Shown one piece after another: positions 9,277 through 17,422 of a stretch of DNA of 64,000 bases. A model generated the notes under the pieces. That model made no database searches. It worked only from the letters and a program-made list of their open reading frames with translations, and was not told where the DNA came from. The stretch comes from Phycisphaeraceae bacterium. GTDB taxonomy: Bacteria; Planctomycetota; Phycisphaerae; Phycisphaerales; Phycisphaeraceae. The stretch covers positions 2,112,001 through 2,176,000 of the forward strand of contig OY771506.1 of the NCBI GenBank assembly GCA_963674705.1, in the 5' to 3' direction. A program made the translations under genes and the position numbers. The first letter of the stretch is position 1. Each line of letters starts with the position of its first letter.

Positions 9277-11165
9277 GTATCGCGGTGACGAATGACAACA
9301 TGCTGTTGGCGGCACCCGAGGTCGAGATCGAAGCGGGTGCGGAGCGAACGGGTAAGCCGCGCATCAATATCGTCGCTTACACCGGCGGCGTGATGCGGGT
9401 GCCGGGCTGGGGTGATGTGGCCATCGACCTGACCGGGCTTGATGCGACAGGCCAGGTGCCGCTGCTAGCCGATCATGACGCACGCGTCAGCGGCGTCGTG
9501 GGACATGGGCAGGCAAACGTCGCGGATGGCCGATTGATGGTGGCCGGTGTGATGAGCGGCGCGGGCGAAGCGGCGCGTCAGATCGTTGAGATGACCACCG
9601 GCGGATTCTCATTTCAAGCATCGGTCGGCGTCGAACCGGTCGAGCACGAACGCGTGCAGGCGGGCGCAAAGGTACAGGTAAACGGTCGCATGCTGTCCTC
9701 GGCGAGGGGTTTTTCGCTGGTTAAGGTCGGGCGGCTCAGAGAAGTCAGTATTACGCCGTTGGGCGCAGACTCGGGTACGAGCGTCGCCATCGCGGCTTCA
9801 CAACGTAACACGGAAACGCAAGTCATGAGCACGGACGTTCAGAACACCGACGAACAAGCTATTCGCGCCGACGAACGGCAGCGTATTAATCAGATCGAAA
9901 GCCTCTGCGCCAGACCTAGCGGCGGCTGGGGCACCATGCAGCCGAAGGTTGATGCGCTGAAGGCCTCGGCCATCGCGGGTGAGATCAGTGCGCAGGACCT
10001 CTCTGCGGAACTGCTGAACATCCTGCGCGAATCTCGGCCCAAGGTCAGCACGTTCCAACCGACGCAGCCGGTGGGTGGTGTGGCCACCCTCGAAGCGGCC
10101 CTTCTCAAGCGGATGGGGTTGAGCGATCTGGGCGAGAAGGCCCTCGGCGCGATCGCGATGGAGCATGGCGAGCGGATCAAGGCGACGCACGCCCTGGATA
10201 TCTGCCGTGCCGCCCTGATGCTTGATGGTGCTGAGATCCCGCAGGGCCGTGAACAGATGGTGCGTGCGGCGCTCTCGACGTACTCGTTGCCGACGGCGCT
10301 GGGCAACCTGGCCAACAAGCTGCTGCTGGATGCTTACGACGAAGCGCCCGCGACGTGGCGGTCGTTCTGCTCGGTTCGGTCGGTCTCCGACTTCAAGCCG
10401 AACACCGCGATCCGTCCGAGCTTCACCGGCCAGCTGGAGACGGTTGCGCCGGGCGGCGAGATCAAGCACGCGACCGTTGGGGAATGGTTCACGCAGTTCC
10501 AGGCCGACACCTACGGCAAGGTCCTGAGCATCGACCGCCGCGACATCATCAATGATGACCTGGGCGTGTTCGATCAGAGCGCCCGGGCGTTCGGCCGCGC
10601 CGCGATGCGGAAGGTCAGCGACCTGGTGTACGCCACGCTGCTGGCCAATGCCGGCGCGTTCTTCTCGGCGGCCAACGGCAACTACATCTCGGGCGCGGAC
10701 ACGGCGCTGAGCTTCGATTCGTTGGCTCAGGCCATCCAGGCGATGATGCTGCAGCGCGATGACGAAGGCAACGACCTTGACCTGCGGCCGGCCACGCTGC
10801 TGGTGCCGCCGGGGCTTCAGCCTACGGCCAAAGCACTGCTGGAGTCTGAGTTCATCCAGCAGATCTCCGAGCGCATGCCCACCGGCAACTCGCTGCGGCG
10901 GGCGGTCAGCATCGAGGTCGAGCCGCGTCTGAGCAACACCGACAAGTTCAGCGCCGCCAGCGCCAAGCACTGGTATCTGTTCGCCAGCCCGAGCAACACG
11001 CCGATGGTCGTGGCGTTCCTCAACGGCCGGCAGCAGCCCACCGTCGAGTTCTTCGGCCTGGACCAGGACGTGAACAAGCTGGCGGTGAGCTGGCGGGTCT
11101 ACCACGACTTCGGGTCGGCGCTGGTCGATCCGCGTGCGGCGGTCCGCAGCAAGGGTGAAGCGTAG
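9273..11165 (+). CDS. Prohead protease - major capsid protein fusion (HK97 fold, Mu gpT-like head subunit)
   Basis: N-terminal protease motifs VAYTGG, PLLADHD, QASVG, EVSITPLGAD. Capsid part ANKLLLDAY..., SVSDFKP, GGEIKH, TYGKVLSIDRRDIINDDLG, LRPATLLVPP, WYLFA, AFLNG.Q.P, HDFG. Confidence 0.85.
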   Translation: MSIAVTNDNMLLAAPEVEIEAGAERTGKPRINIVAYTGGVMRVPGWGDVAIDLTGLDATGQVPLLADHDARVSGVVGHGQANVADGRLMVAGVMSGAGEAARQIVEMTTGGFSFQASVGVEPVEHERVQAGAKVQVNGRMLSSARGFSLVKVGRLREVSITPLGADSGTSVAIAASQRNTETQVMSTDVQNTDEQAIRADERQRINQIESLCARPSGGWGTMQPKVDALKASAIAGEISAQDLSAELLNILRESRPKVSTFQPTQPVGGVATLEAALLKRMGLSDLGEKALGAIAMEHGERIKATHALDICRAALMLDGAEIPQGREQMVRAALSTYSLPTALGNLANKLLLDAYDEAPATWRSFCSVRSVSDFKPNTAIRPSFTGQLETVAPGGEIKHATVGEWFTQFQADTYGKVLSIDRRDIINDDLGVFDQSARAFGRAAMRKVSDLVYATLLANAGAFFSAANGNYISGADTALSFDSLAQAIQAMMLQRDDEGNDLDLRPATLLVPPGLQPTAKALLESEFIQQISERMPTGNSLRRAVSIEVEPRLSNTDKFSAASAKHWYLFASPSNTPMVVAFLNGRQQPTVEFFGLDQDVNKLAVSWRVYHDFGSALVDPRAAVRSKGEA

Positions 11166-11171
11166 TCGTTC

Positions 11172-11209
11172 AGCGGGCGGGGGCACACTCCTGGGCACTC
11201 GCCCGCTTT
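11172..11209 (+). terminator. Probable terminator after the capsid gene
   Basis: AGCGGGCG...CGCCCGCT stem followed by TT. Confidence 0.5.
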
Positions 11210-11300
11210 AAACCATTCTCACACCGATCGAATTGACGCCTACGGGTAAATGAATTGGGGGCCGCGCTTGTGGTCTGCGCACAGGTAATGGAGTGCCGGT

Positions 11301-11486
11301 ATGACAAATGCCCTGAAAGTACATGGGCCACCGCAGCGTGTGGGCAGTATCGAGATGCGTATGGCAATTGCTGGTTCGACGCACGAATCGGAGCAGCGTT
11401 GGTCCCGGCGCTCAGAAGCCATCGCTGCTTGGCTGCTGTCTGAATGGAAACGCCAGCAATCGCAGGGTAGCAGGGAGGCCTCCTGA
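11301..11486 (+). CDS. Small hypothetical protein translationally coupled to the primase
   Basis: GGAG RBS; TGATG overlap with the primase start. Confidence 0.6.
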   Translation: MTNALKVHGPPQRVGSIEMRMAIAGSTHESEQRWSRRSEAIAAWLLSEWKRQQSQGSREAS

Positions 11487-13918
11487 TGTTTGATGCACGA
11501 CGCTGCGATGACCATGTTCCTCAATGCCTGCGAGACACGCCGCAGTGGGTGTTGTGGAAGTTGGTGGAGCGCGGCGGTAAGCCGACGAAGGTGCCGGTGG
11601 CCCCGAACACGGGCTGGAACGCGTCATCGACTGATCCCGCAACTTGGGGCACGTACAAGCAGGCTACCTTCCGCGCGATGGGGTCGGAAACGTACCGGGG
11701 TGTGGGCTTCGTGTTCACCGAAGCCGACCCCTACTGCGGCATCGATCTGGACGACTGCATTGTTGACGGGCAACTGACGCCCGAAGCTCGTGAGATCATT
11801 GATTCGTTTCCCACGTACACCGAGGTGTCGCCCAGCGGCAAGGGCGTGAAGCTGTTCCTGCGGGGCCGTAAGCCGGAACACGCTGGCTGCGCGACCGGCA
11901 AGATCGAGGGCATGGCCCGTATCGAGGTGTACGACAGCGGGCGGTTCTTCACCGTGACCGGTTGTCAACTCGATGGTACGCCACGTGAGGTGGCTGACTG
12001 CCAGCAGCAGCTCGAGGAGCTGTGCGAACGGCTGTGGCCCAAGCCGCAGGCCAGGCCGGTTGCGGCGTCCACGCCATCACCGGCGCACCACATGGGCAGC
12101 ACCGAACAGGACATGCCTGCACGCGAGCGCCGGTGCATGAACTATATCGAGAGATGCCCCGACGCCATCAGTGGGAACGGCGGTCATAACGCCACGCTGC
12201 GGGCCGCTTGCGAGTGCTACCGTTTCGGCCTGGACGAAACCGCCGCCTGGAGCGTGATGCAGTGGTTCAACGACCGCAAGACCGGCGGCGAGCGCTGGAC
12301 GGATTGCGAACTGAATCACAAGCTCGATGCGGCGAGGAAGAAGGTTGACCAGGCCGGAGAGTTTGCCGTGAGGTTGGTGGATGTTCACGTTGATGCCGCC
12401 GAGATGAGCACGCAGCAGGTCGCGGCGCTGATGACCGATGTGGGTAACGCCGCCCGGCTCGTGCAGCGCTACGGCAACCGCATCCGGTACTGCTACGGAC
12501 CTGAGCAGTGGCTCGTGTGGGACGGTCGGCGCTGGAAGATCGACGAACGGGGCATGATCGTGCGGTTGTGCAAGAAGACGGCGCTGGCGATCCTCGATGA
12601 GGCGAAGAAGGTAGAGGGTGATGCGCAGGACGAATTGATCCGGTGGGCCATGTCCAGCCAGAAGCGGGATCGGCTTACCGCGATGGCAGCATTGGCTCAG
12701 CCCGACGTGGCGGTCGGCCCGGATGACCTCGACGCTGATCCTTGGGCGTTCAACGTGCTCAACGGCACGATTGACCTGCGCACCGGCGAGATCGAACCGC
12801 ATAACCAGACTGATCTGATCACCAAGCTTGCCCCGGTCGAGTTCGATCCCGACGCCACGTGCCCGCGGTTCGATGCGTTCCTCGAGCGGACATTCGCCGG
12901 TGATGTTGACCTCATCCGCTTCGTGCAGCGCTGGCACGGTCATTGCCTAAGCGCCGACATCCGCGAGCAGTACCTGCCCATCTATCATGGCGAAGGCAAC
13001 AACGGCAAGAGCGTGCTGCTGGACACACTCAGCGCGGTGATGGGCGACTACGCCGGTGAAGCCCCGCCCGACCTGGTCACGGTTCGCAAGCACCCCGAGC
13101 ATCCGACCGAGATCGCCGACCTGCTGGGCAAACGGTTAGTCATCGCCAGCGAAACGGAGCGCGACGCCGAACTGCGCCTGCAGCTCATCAAGCGACTGAC
13201 CGGTAACGCCCGGCTCAAAGCCCGACGCATGCGGCAGGACTACTTCGAGTTTGGCCGCACCCACAAGATGATCCTCGTGACCAACAACCGCCCGACGATC
13301 AAAGAGGACACCGAGGCGGCCTGGCGACGCCTGCGGTTGGTGCCGTTCGATGTCATCATCCCGAAGGACGAACGCGATCCTGATCTGATCCGCAAGCTAA
13401 GCCACGAATACTCCGGCATCCTGTCATGGATGGTGTGTGGCTGCGTCGATTGGCTGCGTGAGGGCCTGACCGAGCCGGACGCAGTGACGATCGCGACCGA
13501 AGCGTATCGCGGTGCCGCCAATAGCCTCGATGCGTTCCTGATTGAACGGTGCAGCATGGCCGACGGGTTGATGTGCGCCACGTCCGATCTGCTGGCTGCG
13601 TACGGCGAATGGTGCGCTCAGCACCGGCGCGTTCCGCTACAAGGTAAGGCGCTGGCTGCAGCATTGAAGGCACAGGGATGCATCCCGACGAAGGTCAGCG
13701 GGCAGCGCCATTGGATTGGTTTGGACCTCGATGATGATCCGCGTGGACAGAACGGGCGCAATGGACGCCAGGTGCCCGTTAACGCCTACGTGAGGGGCAA
13801 TACTCCGGTTAACGGGCATCAGGCGTCCAATCCGTCCAATGCGTCCAGTACCCAGGCGATGGCGCTGGATGCGGACGAAGGAAGCAATGGCTTATCACCA
13901 GAGGAATCAACGGATTAG
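11486..13918 (+). CDS. Primase-polymerase (NrS-1-like AEP) / D5_N / SF3 helicase, P4-family replicase
   Basis: PQWVLWK, ASSTDPATW, GIDLDDC, TEVSPSGKG, IEVYDSGRFFTVTG; TDVGNA..L (D5_N); Walker A GEGNNGKS; TNNRP; AWRRL. Confidence 0.9.
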   Translation: MFDARRCDDHVPQCLRDTPQWVLWKLVERGGKPTKVPVAPNTGWNASSTDPATWGTYKQATFRAMGSETYRGVGFVFTEADPYCGIDLDDCIVDGQLTPEAREIIDSFPTYTEVSPSGKGVKLFLRGRKPEHAGCATGKIEGMARIEVYDSGRFFTVTGCQLDGTPREVADCQQQLEELCERLWPKPQARPVAASTPSPAHHMGSTEQDMPARERRCMNYIERCPDAISGNGGHNATLRAACECYRFGLDETAAWSVMQWFNDRKTGGERWTDCELNHKLDAARKKVDQAGEFAVRLVDVHVDAAEMSTQQVAALMTDVGNAARLVQRYGNRIRYCYGPEQWLVWDGRRWKIDERGMIVRLCKKTALAILDEAKKVEGDAQDELIRWAMSSQKRDRLTAMAALAQPDVAVGPDDLDADPWAFNVLNGTIDLRTGEIEPHNQTDLITKLAPVEFDPDATCPRFDAFLERTFAGDVDLIRFVQRWHGHCLSADIREQYLPIYHGEGNNGKSVLLDTLSAVMGDYAGEAPPDLVTVRKHPEHPTEIADLLGKRLVIASETERDAELRLQLIKRLTGNARLKARRMRQDYFEFGRTHKMILVTNNRPTIKEDTEAAWRRLRLVPFDVIIPKDERDPDLIRKLSHEYSGILSWMVCGCVDWLREGLTEPDAVTIATEAYRGAANSLDAFLIERCSMADGLMCATSDLLAAYGEWCAQHRRVPLQGKALAAALKAQGCIPTKVSGQRHWIGLDLDDDPRGQNGRNGRQVPVNAYVRGNTPVNGHQASNPSNASSTQAMALDADEGSNGLSPEESTD
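13743..13847. promoter_or_regulatory. Putative replication origin (inverted repeat plus iterons) in the primase 3' end
   Basis: 22-bp inverted repeat 13762-13783 / 13808-13829 (20/22 match) plus repeated TGGAC/CGTCCA units. Confidence 0.55.
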
Positions 13919-14040
13919 CGGCGATCTGTCCCGGCTTGCGCCGTCGTGGCGGACGGTGGCCCGTCGTGGACGGAATCACCGAGCTTGGCCAATGTTCGGC
14001 GCGACAAACCGAACGCGACACGGCCCAACGTCGGGCCACA

Positions 14041-14097
14041 GGGCGGCGGATAGGTACTTCCAGCGCCCGGTCTGCCTCGTGATGGCGGCGGGAACGG
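14041..14097 (+). other. Lambda-like cos (cosQ-cosN) candidate
   Basis: AGGTACTTCC at 14052, then TGGCGGCG 24 nt after AGGTACT; lambda has GGGTCCT-23 nt-GGGCGGCG. Confidence 0.4.
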
Positions 14098-14288
14098 TCG
14101 CGCCATACCTTTGATTCGCTTGCAGATGAAAAACGGCGCGTTCAAAAGAAACTCTGTCCTCCATGGCGACTGGTTCCGCCGCCATCACGGAAATGGCCGC
14201 AATTCCGAGGACCCATGGGCAGACTTGATGTTCCTCGCGAAACAAGCCCTCATGGTCTGGTAGATACCCACGACCGGAGACCGCGACC

Positions 14289-16121
14289 ATGACTACCACG
14301 ACCACCATCCCCGCCGTCGCTTACCTTCGCCGCTCGTCCGACAAGCAGGAACAGAGCATCGGCGATCAACGCACCGAGATCGTGCGCTATGCGGATGACA
14401 ACGGCTATACCGTCATCCGCGAGTACGTGGACGATGCGATCAGCGGCACGAGCGCCGAGGAGCGCCCGGGCTTTCAGCGGATGATCACCGATGCCGAAGC
14501 GGGCCAGTTCAAGGCTGTGATCGTCTGGAACAGCGACCGGTTCAGCCGGGGCGACGTTACCGAAACCGAGCATTACCGCTATCTGCTTCGTCGCGCCGGC
14601 GTCATGCTCGTTTCCGTGACCGAAGACTACCTGCACCGCGAGAGCTTCGACGGAGACATCTTGCGGACGGTCAAGCAGTTCCAGAATCGGCAGTTCTCCA
14701 TATCGCTATCGCAGAACACGCTGCGCGGCCAGATCTCGGCGGTGCAGGCTGAATCCGATCCCGGCAGGCCATGCCCATACGGGTACGACCGCGAGATCGT
14801 GGGGCCCGACGGGCAGGTGCTCTACTGCGTTCGGTTCTGCCCGGGTCGGGTACGCGAGGTACTCGACGCCAATGGCAACTTGACCGCCACATACCGCAAG
14901 GGCCAATCGCTCCGTAAGCCCGGCAAGGAATGCAAGGGCAGGATGGTGTTGTCGGCACCCGACCGTGTGCAGGTCGTCAAAGACATCTTCGCCGGATGCC
15001 TAGACGGTGTGGGATTCAAAGGCATCGCGGACCGGCTCAACGCCCAAGGCATCCCAAGCCCCAGGGGTGGCCTGTGGAACTTCACCACGATCAAAGCCAT
15101 CCTGATGAATCCGATCTATCGTGGCGATCTGGTTTGGAACCGGCGAACCGAGAGCAAGTTCTATTCGGTTCGGAAGGGACGAGCGGACAAGATGAAGTCG
15201 CGCGACATGGCCGACCGCCCGGTGCTGATGCCCGAAGATGAATGGATCGTCGTGCAGGACGCGGTGCCCGCCATCGTTAGCCGCGAGGATTGGGATCGCG
15301 CGCAGCTCATGGTCATCCGCAGGCGGAAGGCCAAGGGCGGGCAGGGCAAGCAGCGAGACCGGTGGCTTCTATCCGGCGTACTTGTATGCGGGCACTGCGG
15401 CCAGCCGTTCTGGGGCGAACGAAAACGGAAAGGGCGCATCCCGGGTAGAGCCGAGGTCGCATGCAACTACTACACATGTGCCGGGCGTCGGCGATACGGA
15501 AAGAGCACGTGCCCGACATCGGCCAGCGTGAAAGCCGATGAGTTGGAGGCGTGGGTACTCGGCAAGCTCGGCGGCCTGATCTTAAATGATGTCGGTGGCG
15601 TCGATGAGGCGGTTGATCGGTTCGTTGCAGCCACGCTCGGCATGGCGCGGGGTGGCACCGATACCAACCGGATCGTCCGCGAGATCGCAGAGATCGATCA
15701 AACGGTGGCATCGCTAACCAGCAGCCTCGATCCGGCAAACCTGGCGATGCTCAACGACCGGCTGACGCAGATACGAACTCGCCGCGAGCACCTCGAGGCC
15801 GAACTCCGATCCGCCAGGCTGGACGAGCGCCGTCTTGACGCCGACCATCTTCGCCGATGGGTGTACCGGCAGATCGAGTCCTTGGCGGCGATAATCGACG
15901 GCCGGCGCGACCCGCAGCTGCGGAGAACCATGGCGAGCTACATCGACGAGATTCGCATCTTCCCCGAAACCAAGACGGGCGAACTGATTCTCAATAGCAA
16001 CATTTGGGGCCTGATCGGCACCGGGGACGAGGCCCCCAATGAAAAAGACCGCCCGGTTGGGCGGTCGTGTGCAGATACAATAGCGGGGGCAGGATTCGAA
16101 CCTGCGACCTCCGGGTTATGA
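14289..16121 (+). CDS. Large serine recombinase (resolvase + recombinase + Zn ribbon)
   Basis: AYLRRSSDKQEQS catalytic motif, ISGT..ERPGFQRM, DRFSR, PYGY, LSGVLVCGHCG...YYTC...C, coiled coil. The C-terminus AGAGFEPATSGL* is read from the antisense tRNA fragment. Confidence 0.95.
   Translation: MTTTTTIPAVAYLRRSSDKQEQSIGDQRTEIVRYADDNGYTVIREYVDDAISGTSAEERPGFQRMITDAEAGQFKAVIVWNSDRFSRGDVTETEHYRYLLRRAGVMLVSVTEDYLHRESFDGDILRTVKQFQNRQFSISLSQNTLRGQISAVQAESDPGRPCPYGYDREIVGPDGQVLYCVRFCPGRVREVLDANGNLTATYRKGQSLRKPGKECKGRMVLSAPDRVQVVKDIFAGCLDGVGFKGIADRLNAQGIPSPRGGLWNFTTIKAILMNPIYRGDLVWNRRTESKFYSVRKGRADKMKSRDMADRPVLMPEDEWIVVQDAVPAIVSREDWDRAQLMVIRRRKAKGGQGKQRDRWLLSGVLVCGHCGQPFWGERKRKGRIPGRAEVACNYYTCAGRRRYGKSTCPTSASVKADELEAWVLGKLGGLILNDVGGVDEAVDRFVAATLGMARGGTDTNRIVREIAEIDQTVASLTSSLDPANLAMLNDRLTQIRTRREHLEAELRSARLDERRLDADHLRRWVYRQIESLAAIIDGRRDPQLRRTMASYIDEIRIFPETKTGELILNSNIWGLIGTGDEAPNEKDRPVGRSCADTIAGAGFEPATSGL
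16042..16066 (-). terminator. Minus-strand terminator embedded in the recombinase 3' end
   Basis: The minus strand reads GACCGCCC-aacc-GGGCGGTC-TTTTT, 14 nt downstream of the tRNA 3' fragment. Confidence 0.75.
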
Positions 16122-16123
16122 GC
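16081..16123 (-). repeat. 43-bp exact duplication of the tRNA-fMet 3' half (att site)
   Basis: Identical to 23239-23281; identity ends at the anticodon arm. Confidence 0.95.
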
Positions 16124-16396
16124 GTCTAAAACGGCAAAAACCCAGACGCTTGTCTTTGAGGCATTTACAGCAATCGCAACGGTTTACGTCCGTTGCGCTG
16201 GGTGCCCATCATAGCCATTTTTGCCATGTTTTCCAGCTCATTTGGCGCAGATTCTGGCGCAATAAAACGGACTCGAGTCAGCGTTTCTCCGGGTGTTCAC
16301 ACCGACGATGAGTTGTATGGCAAAAGAACTGGTATTGTATTTGAGATGTGAGAGAGCTATTCAGCACTCGATATTACTGCGTTCTGCGGGAAACGG

Positions 16397-17248
16397 ATGG
16401 AGGTAACAGTGAAATATATCGTCATTATTACTGTGACTGTTATGTCGTCGGTCCTAACAGCGAGAGCTGAAAATACCGAAAAACCAGACTTTGAGTCAAT
16501 GGATAGGCAGACAATGATTGCTCTATTGGAAGAGCAATACGAAGAAATAAAACAATTAAAGAATATGGTTGAAAAACTAGTAGAGGCTAATTTAGATGAA
16601 AAGGAAACAATTGATCAATCATTTTTAATCGGAAGTGTAAAAATTGTTATACCTGCACCGTTAGATGGTTTTGTCGAAATTGGAGAAATAAATCGCGACA
16701 TTATGGAAGTATTTGTTCCTGATACTAATAAGTTAGTATGTGGATTTGTAATGCCGGATGACCTGGCGCGTATGAATGAAATGGACGAAGACCTAGTCTT
16801 GGATAGATATGGATTAGTGCAAATATATCGTGAAACTGCAGATCAAGAGATGAGTGAGCAAGATTTTGAGAAGATAGCACTAATGTTCGACGAACTAATG
16901 AAGGGTGAATTTGGGTCTATTCTAGATAAAGCCAGTAATGATCTGAATCAAAGACTTGAAGATGCGGGTATTGATGCTCAGGCAAGTATTAAAAAGCCTG
17001 TCAACCTAGGGAAGTTATTTACAATCAAAGATGCTTCTGGTTATGGTTTTATTATGCCGTATGACTTAAAAATGGATGGTGACGATGAGAGTTTAACTAT
17101 GGCTGCTGGTATATCTATCCTCCGGGTGAAGAATCGATTCATGTTCTTATACTTATTTGATACATATGAGAATGCGGAAAGTATCAAATGGATTGATAGC
17201 ACCAGTGAAAGTTGGTGTAAAGCGATATTAAAGGCTAATAATCAATAG
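16397..17248 (+). CDS. Hypothetical secreted protein (AT-rich cargo)
   Basis: 283-aa ORF with a signal-peptide-like N-terminus ending ARA. Confidence 0.7.
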   Translation: MEVTVKYIVIITVTVMSSVLTARAENTEKPDFESMDRQTMIALLEEQYEEIKQLKNMVEKLVEANLDEKETIDQSFLIGSVKIVIPAPLDGFVEIGEINRDIMEVFVPDTNKLVCGFVMPDDLARMNEMDEDLVLDRYGLVQIYRETADQEMSEQDFEKIALMFDELMKGEFGSILDKASNDLNQRLEDAGIDAQASIKKPVNLGKLFTIKDASGYGFIMPYDLKMDGDDESLTMAAGISILRVKNRFMFLYLFDTYENAESIKWIDSTSESWCKAILKANNQ

Positions 17249-17422
17249 AGTTGTTGTTAAGATGGTGCTAGGTATGGAAGAAAATTGATTATTAGTATTG
17301 AAAAGTTAATGCCTTTATGTGACAAAGTTTCTACTTCCGGGGGTAGCCCGGGGTACAGGGGGCGGCAATGAGCACACCTGTACGTATGATGCGGTACGAC
17401 CAGTTGTTCTGGGGATCATCTC

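Larger units (their letters stand above)
5048..16091. mobile_element. 11.0-kb serine-recombinase integrative element (capsid-encoding phage-satellite-like) inserted at the tRNA-fMet 3' end
   Basis: 13-bp direct repeat AATAGCGGGGGCA at 5048-5060 and 16079-16091. The joined attP has inverted arms GGTCGTGTGCAGATAC / GTATCTGCACGCGACC. Gene content: LSR, primase-helicase, capsid, sigma, RM cargo. Confidence 0.85.

Noticed and set aside
9798..11198. Long antisense ORFs (also 2029-3072, 12077-12943, 26200-27510, 37847-38671, 55856-57163)
   Set aside because: Shadow frames opposite well-supported GC-rich genes, with no motifs.
8176..16121. Complete prophage or encapsulin locus
   Set aside because: No terminase, portal, tail or lysis genes. 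The protease-capsid fusion with replicase and integrase context does not fit an encapsulin cargo operon.
16081..16123. Second tRNA-Met gene
   Set aside because: Only the 3' 43 nt are present; the D-arm and 5' acceptor strand are missing.
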